A stretch of DNA of 61,772 nucleotides from Eggerthellales bacterium (GTDB taxonomy: Bacteria > Actinomycetota > Coriobacteriia > Coriobacteriales > Eggerthellaceae). Position numbers and translations under genes: made by a program. Location: contig JAQXQN010000054.1 in the NCBI GenBank assembly GCA_029101185.1, positions 1 to 61,772 on the forward strand. The letters are read 5' to 3'. Shown here piece after piece: positions 57,847 through 61,772 of this stretch. The notes beneath the pieces were generated by a model. It was given only the letters and a program-made list of their open reading frames with translations, ran no database searches and was not told the DNA's origin. Each line of letters starts with the position of its first letter. Within the stretch, counting starts at the first letter, position 1.

Positions 57847-60477
57847 CTAATGGGCCTGGGACCAGTTCTCTCCCCATCTCACGTCCACCAGCAGAGGCAC
57901 TTTCAGCTGCACGGCAGATGACATCTCCTCTTTTAGGAGAGCGCGGACGGTTTCAAGCTCCTCTGTGGGTACGGACAGGTCCAGTTCGTCATGTACCTGA
58001 ATCATGACCTCCGCCCTAAGGCCTTCTGCATACAGCCTTCGCTGCACCCGGTTCATGGCAATCTTGATGATGTCGGCGGCGCTTCCCTGCATAGGGTGAT
58101 TCATTGCCGTGCGCTCGCCAAAGTTGCGCTGTTGAACAGAACTTGAGGATAGCTCAGGGATATGGCGCTTCCGCCCAAACATAGTCTGGGCGTAACCATC
58201 ACGTTTTGCTTGGTCAACCGTGGAGTCCAGGAATGTTCTGACCCCAGGGTACGCATCAAAGTACCGATTTATCATATCCTGAGCCTCAGAATAGCTAATG
58301 CCAAGGCTTTCAGAAAGCCCGAAGGCCTGCTGGCCATAGACGATACCGAAGTTCACCGCTTTCGCTCGGCTGCGTAGCTGGGGAGTCACCTGGCTGACGG
58401 GAATGCCAAAGACCCGCGCGGCCGTCTGAGCGTGGAAATCCTCTCCCTCAAGAAATGCCTGGATAAGATGGTTGTCGCCGGAAAGGTGGGCAAGAAGCCG
58501 CAGCTCAATCTGGGAATAGTCGGCAGAAACGAAGACGCTATTGGAGTCAAGGGGCAAAAAGCACTCTCGGATCTGTCTGCCAAAATCCGTCCTCACCGGG
58601 ATGTTTTGCAGGTTGGGATTAGAGGAGGAAAGCCTGCCCGTGGTGGTGACCGTCTGATTGAAGGAGGTGTGCACCAATCCGTCAGCCTCCCTCATCCGAG
58701 GCAGCGCAACCACGTAGGTGGAGCGAATCTTGGCAATCTCTCGGTATCTGAGCACCTCACCAGGGAGAGGATGGAGGTCTTTTAGGCGCTCAAGATTCTT
58801 AGCATCGGTAGACCTGCCCGTTTTAGTCTTCTTCCCAGCGGGAAGGCCAAGCACGTCATAGAGAATCTCACTGAGCTGCTTAGGAGAATCAAGGTTGAAC
58901 TCTTTTCCCGCCATCTGATACGCCTGGACTCGGATTCCCTCAAGGGTTTCCTCGGTGGATTGAGCCATGCGGGAAAGACGATCCACGTCAAGACGGGCAC
59001 CCACCCGCTCCATAGCCACCAGCACCCCAGTTAAGGGGGAGTCAATCTGGGAGAACACGTCCCAAGAGCCGTCCTTAACCAGAAGCTCTGCCATGACCGG
59101 GGCTAGGGAGTACACGGCGCAGGCTTGATTCTTCAACGCATCGGTCCCCGTCTCTTGCTCATCATAGGTGACCTGGAGGTAATCCTGAACCAATTGGGAC
59201 AAAGAAGCCGCACCCGCATTGGAATTAAGCAGGTACGCCGCCAACTGCAGGTCAAAGCAGTCCACATCCAGAAGCTCGTGCAGGGAGATGAGGCACTCCT
59301 GGGATTTCGAGCAAGGATAAACCTGGGACAACAGAGACTTTGCCTCAAGGGCACAGGAGGACCCTCGTTTCATAATCTGGGCAAGGACCAAGGAAGCGTC
59401 CTGCTCAAAAACCAAATAACGGCTTCCGTCGAAAGCGACCAGACTGGAATCGTCAGAAAAAAGGCTTTCCTGAGCGGCTTTGCCAAAGGCCAGACCAAGG
59501 GTATGACCATCCTGGCTCAGCACGTCTTCAAGGGCATCAACCGCATCCTGGCCTTCCAATGCAGGGCAATCATCCGCCGAAAAGGAAAGGCTCGCTCCAG
59601 CAGAAACGTCCTGAAGGGATTGGAACTTGCCAAGTAAAGCCATAAGCCGATACTTGGTAAAGGTTTCAGAAACCGCCTGGGGGTCAAACGCAGGAAAGGA
59701 CAGGGATTCCAGGTCGAGATCCATGGGTACATCAGTGACGATACGGGCCACATCCCTGCTGATATAGGCGTTCTCCTTGCCTGCAATCAGGTTTTCAAGA
59801 AGCTTGCCCTTCAGCTGGTCAAGGTGCTCATAGATGCCCTCAATAGAACCGTAGGTGGCAAGCAGGGTTGCCGCCTTCTTGGGACCAACGCCTGCAACGC
59901 CGGGGATGTTATCCGCCGTATCCCCCTGAAGCCCCAGAAAGTCCGGAAACTGCTCAGGCGTGACCCCGTAGCGCTCAATGACCTCAGCGGGGCCATAGAC
60001 CGCCACATCGGTAATGCCCTTTTTAGTGGTAACCACCCGCACAGAATCATTGACCAGCTGATAGGCGTCCTTGTCCCCCGTAATAAGCAAGGCTTCCATC
60101 CCCGCCTCAGCGCACATGCGCGATGCGGTGCCAAGAATGTCGTCCCCCTCCCAGCCGGCAAGCTTAACAACCGGGATTCCTAGGCTTTCAAGCAGCTCCT
60201 CAATCACGGGAAACTGGGCCCGCAGCGCCTCATCCATAGGCGGGCGCTGAGCCTTGTACTGGGCAAGGGCCTCCAGGCGAAACTTCGGCTTGCCTGCGTC
60301 AAAAGCACACACGATAGCATCCGGCGTCTGGGTCTCGTAGAACTTCAGCAGCATGCTTAAAAACCCGAACACCGCATTGGTAGGGGTTCCATCAGGGGCG
60401 CTCATGGTGGGAGGCAAGGCATGAAAGGCCCGGTGCATCAGGGAGTTGCCGTCAATTATCGCAACGGTCTTAGTCAT
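57847..60477 (-). CDS. polA: DNA polymerase I
   Basis: IDGNSLMHRAFH (5'-3' exo), TGRLSSSNPNLQNIP, DYSQIELR, AKAVNFGIVYG, QVHDEL. Confidence 0.98.
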   Translation of the reverse strand: MTKTVAIIDGNSLMHRAFHALPPTMSAPDGTPTNAVFGFLSMLLKFYETQTPDAIVCAFDAGKPKFRLEALAQYKAQRPPMDEALRAQFPVIEELLESLGIPVVKLAGWEGDDILGTASRMCAEAGMEALLITGDKDAYQLVNDSVRVVTTKKGITDVAVYGPAEVIERYGVTPEQFPDFLGLQGDTADNIPGVAGVGPKKAATLLATYGSIEGIYEHLDQLKGKLLENLIAGKENAYISRDVARIVTDVPMDLDLESLSFPAFDPQAVSETFTKYRLMALLGKFQSLQDVSAGASLSFSADDCPALEGQDAVDALEDVLSQDGHTLGLAFGKAAQESLFSDDSSLVAFDGSRYLVFEQDASLVLAQIMKRGSSCALEAKSLLSQVYPCSKSQECLISLHELLDVDCFDLQLAAYLLNSNAGAASLSQLVQDYLQVTYDEQETGTDALKNQACAVYSLAPVMAELLVKDGSWDVFSQIDSPLTGVLVAMERVGARLDVDRLSRMAQSTEETLEGIRVQAYQMAGKEFNLDSPKQLSEILYDVLGLPAGKKTKTGRSTDAKNLERLKDLHPLPGEVLRYREIAKIRSTYVVALPRMREADGLVHTSFNQTVTTTGRLSSSNPNLQNIPVRTDFGRQIRECFLPLDSNSVFVSADYSQIELRLLAHLSGDNHLIQAFLEGEDFHAQTAARVFGIPVSQVTPQLRSRAKAVNFGIVYGQQAFGLSESLGISYSEAQDMINRYFDAYPGVRTFLDSTVDQAKRDGYAQTMFGRKRHIPELSSSSVQQRNFGERTAMNHPMQGSAADIIKIAMNRVQRRLYAEGLRAEVMIQVHDELDLSVPTEELETVRALLKEEMSSAVQLKVPLLVDVRWGENWSQAH

Positions 60478-60560
60478 GAGTGCGCTTCTTTCTCTCCACG
60501 AATACCGCGTATGAACCCTACTGCGACTGTCGAAGGGTGCAGACCAACTACAGCGGGTGC

Positions 60561-61466
60561 CTAGTTCCCTTCGCCATACCCGAAACGGCGGATCTGGTTC
60601 AAATCCCGACGCCAGTTCTTTTTGACCCTGACCTGCAGGTCGAGGTAGACCGAGCAACCAAGGAGTTGCTCAAGGTCCGCCCGGGCCTCAATACCCACCC
60701 GCTTGAGGGCCTCGCCGCCCTTACCGATAATGATGCCTTTTTGGCTGTCGCGCTCCACATAAGTCAAGGCATGGACCACATACATGTCCTTGTCCCGGTT
60801 GTACTCAATGTTGTTGGCAGTGACGCCGATGGAATGGGGCACTTCGTCGCGGTAGCTGCGCAGGATCTTCTCCCTGACAAACTCAGCCACCAGCACCTCA
60901 AGGGGCTGGTCAGTATCCATGTCCTCGGGAAACCACCGGGGGCCTTCGGGCAAGAACCTGCTCACTGCGGACACGAACCCGTCCACGTTGAAATCTGTCA
61001 AGGCGCTTACTGCAACCACGTCATCCCATTTGCCCAGCTTCTCGGCGGCTTCAATCTGTTCTACCACCACATAGCGCTCCACAAGGTCGCACTTGGTGAT
61101 GACCAGGATCTTGCGACAACGCCTGACCTGAGCCACCTGATTGGCAACCCACTCGTCTCCCCTGCCGATAGGCTTGCTGGCATCAACAAGAAAGGCAATG
61201 ACGTCCACATCCTCCATGGCCTTGATGGCGCTGGTGTTCAGCTCCTCTCCTAGGGCGTCGTGGGGCTTGTGAAGTCCCGGTGTGTCCACCATGATCATCT
61301 GACAGTCCTTGTTGGTGACGATGGCCCGAAACCTGTGCCTGGTGGTCTGGGCGGTGTTGGAGGTGATGGCAACCTTATGACCCACCACCGCGTTGATCAG
61401 GCTGGATTTGCCCGCGTTAGGACGCCCCACCAAGGTGACGAAACCGCTTCTGAATTCCTGCGCCAT
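60561..61466 (-). CDS. era: GTPase Era
   Basis: SGFVTLVGRPNAGKS, QTTR, DTPG, EVPHS, GIIIGKGG. Confidence 0.97.
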   Translation of the reverse strand: MAQEFRSGFVTLVGRPNAGKSSLINAVVGHKVAITSNTAQTTRHRFRAIVTNKDCQMIMVDTPGLHKPHDALGEELNTSAIKAMEDVDVIAFLVDASKPIGRGDEWVANQVAQVRRCRKILVITKCDLVERYVVVEQIEAAEKLGKWDDVVAVSALTDFNVDGFVSAVSRFLPEGPRWFPEDMDTDQPLEVLVAEFVREKILRSYRDEVPHSIGVTANNIEYNRDKDMYVVHALTYVERDSQKGIIIGKGGEALKRVGIEARADLEQLLGCSVYLDLQVRVKKNWRRDLNQIRRFGYGEGN

Positions 61467-61508
61467 ACTGCATGCCTTTCTGTTGAGATAATCTCCTGTC
61501 AAGCAGGA

Positions 61509-61772
61509 CTACTTCGAATGTGTATGCGGGATCTGCCCGCTTTTCTCATAGGCCTCCACGATACGCGCCACTAAGGTGTGACGTACCACATCTCGACCAG
61601 TAAGATGACAAAAAGCCACGTCATCAATGTCCCCAAGCACCAATTCCGCGGTCTTAAGCCCCGATCTTCCTCCCGGGAGGTCAAGCTGGGTGGCATCGCC
61701 GGTGATGACCATGCGGCTGTTGAATCCCAACCTGGTAAGAAACATCTTCATCTGCTCGGGGGTGGTGTTTTG
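61509..61772 (-). CDS. phoH: PhoH-family ATPase, C-terminal part, truncated by window edge
   Basis: [16 protein letters not shown]...[11 protein letters not shown]...DVVRH. Confidence 0.93.
   Translation of the reverse strand, partial: QNTTPEQMKMFLTRLGFNSRMVITGDATQLDLPGGRSGLKTAELVLGDIDDVAFCHLTGRDVVRHTLVARIVEAYEKSGQIPHTHSK

Overview
A 61.8-kb, mostly housekeeping chromosomal window from a GC-rich anaerobic actinobacterium. The multi-TM LuxR regulator, Ech-type hydrogenase, TatA style and GarA-like FHA protein suggest Coriobacteriia (Eggerthellaceae-like); this taxonomy is an inference. Contents in order: 5' part of nrdD (missed by the ORF track) with two NrdR boxes; tatA; membrane-anchored LuxR; crcB; menA; gluQ; iorBA; GarA-like FHA; dacA; CDP-alcohol phosphatidyltransferase; an ech operon; glycolipid synthase; SWIM-SNF2; feoA-feoB fusion; pyrE; the scpAB-rluB-aroA-cmk-plsC-ispH...der-plsY-gpsA cluster; dnaG; the rimP-nusA-infB-rbfA-DHH-truB-ribF operon; ndk; rlmD; polA; era; 3' part of phoH; and five tRNAs. 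No mobile element, prophage, CRISPR array or clear defence island is visible. The most unusual items are (1) a single-ORF EchA-EchB fusion, (2) a Zn-ribbon GarA/OdhI-like FHA gene directly upstream of iorAB in a co-oriented run with ech, (3) NusA with a C-terminal CCCH-type motif and no ylxR, (4) tandem duplications spanning stop codons, and (5) a Tat-signal M23 peptidase. I cannot establish novelty without database searches, and several of these may be lineage-typical. Start codons were adjusted by eye.
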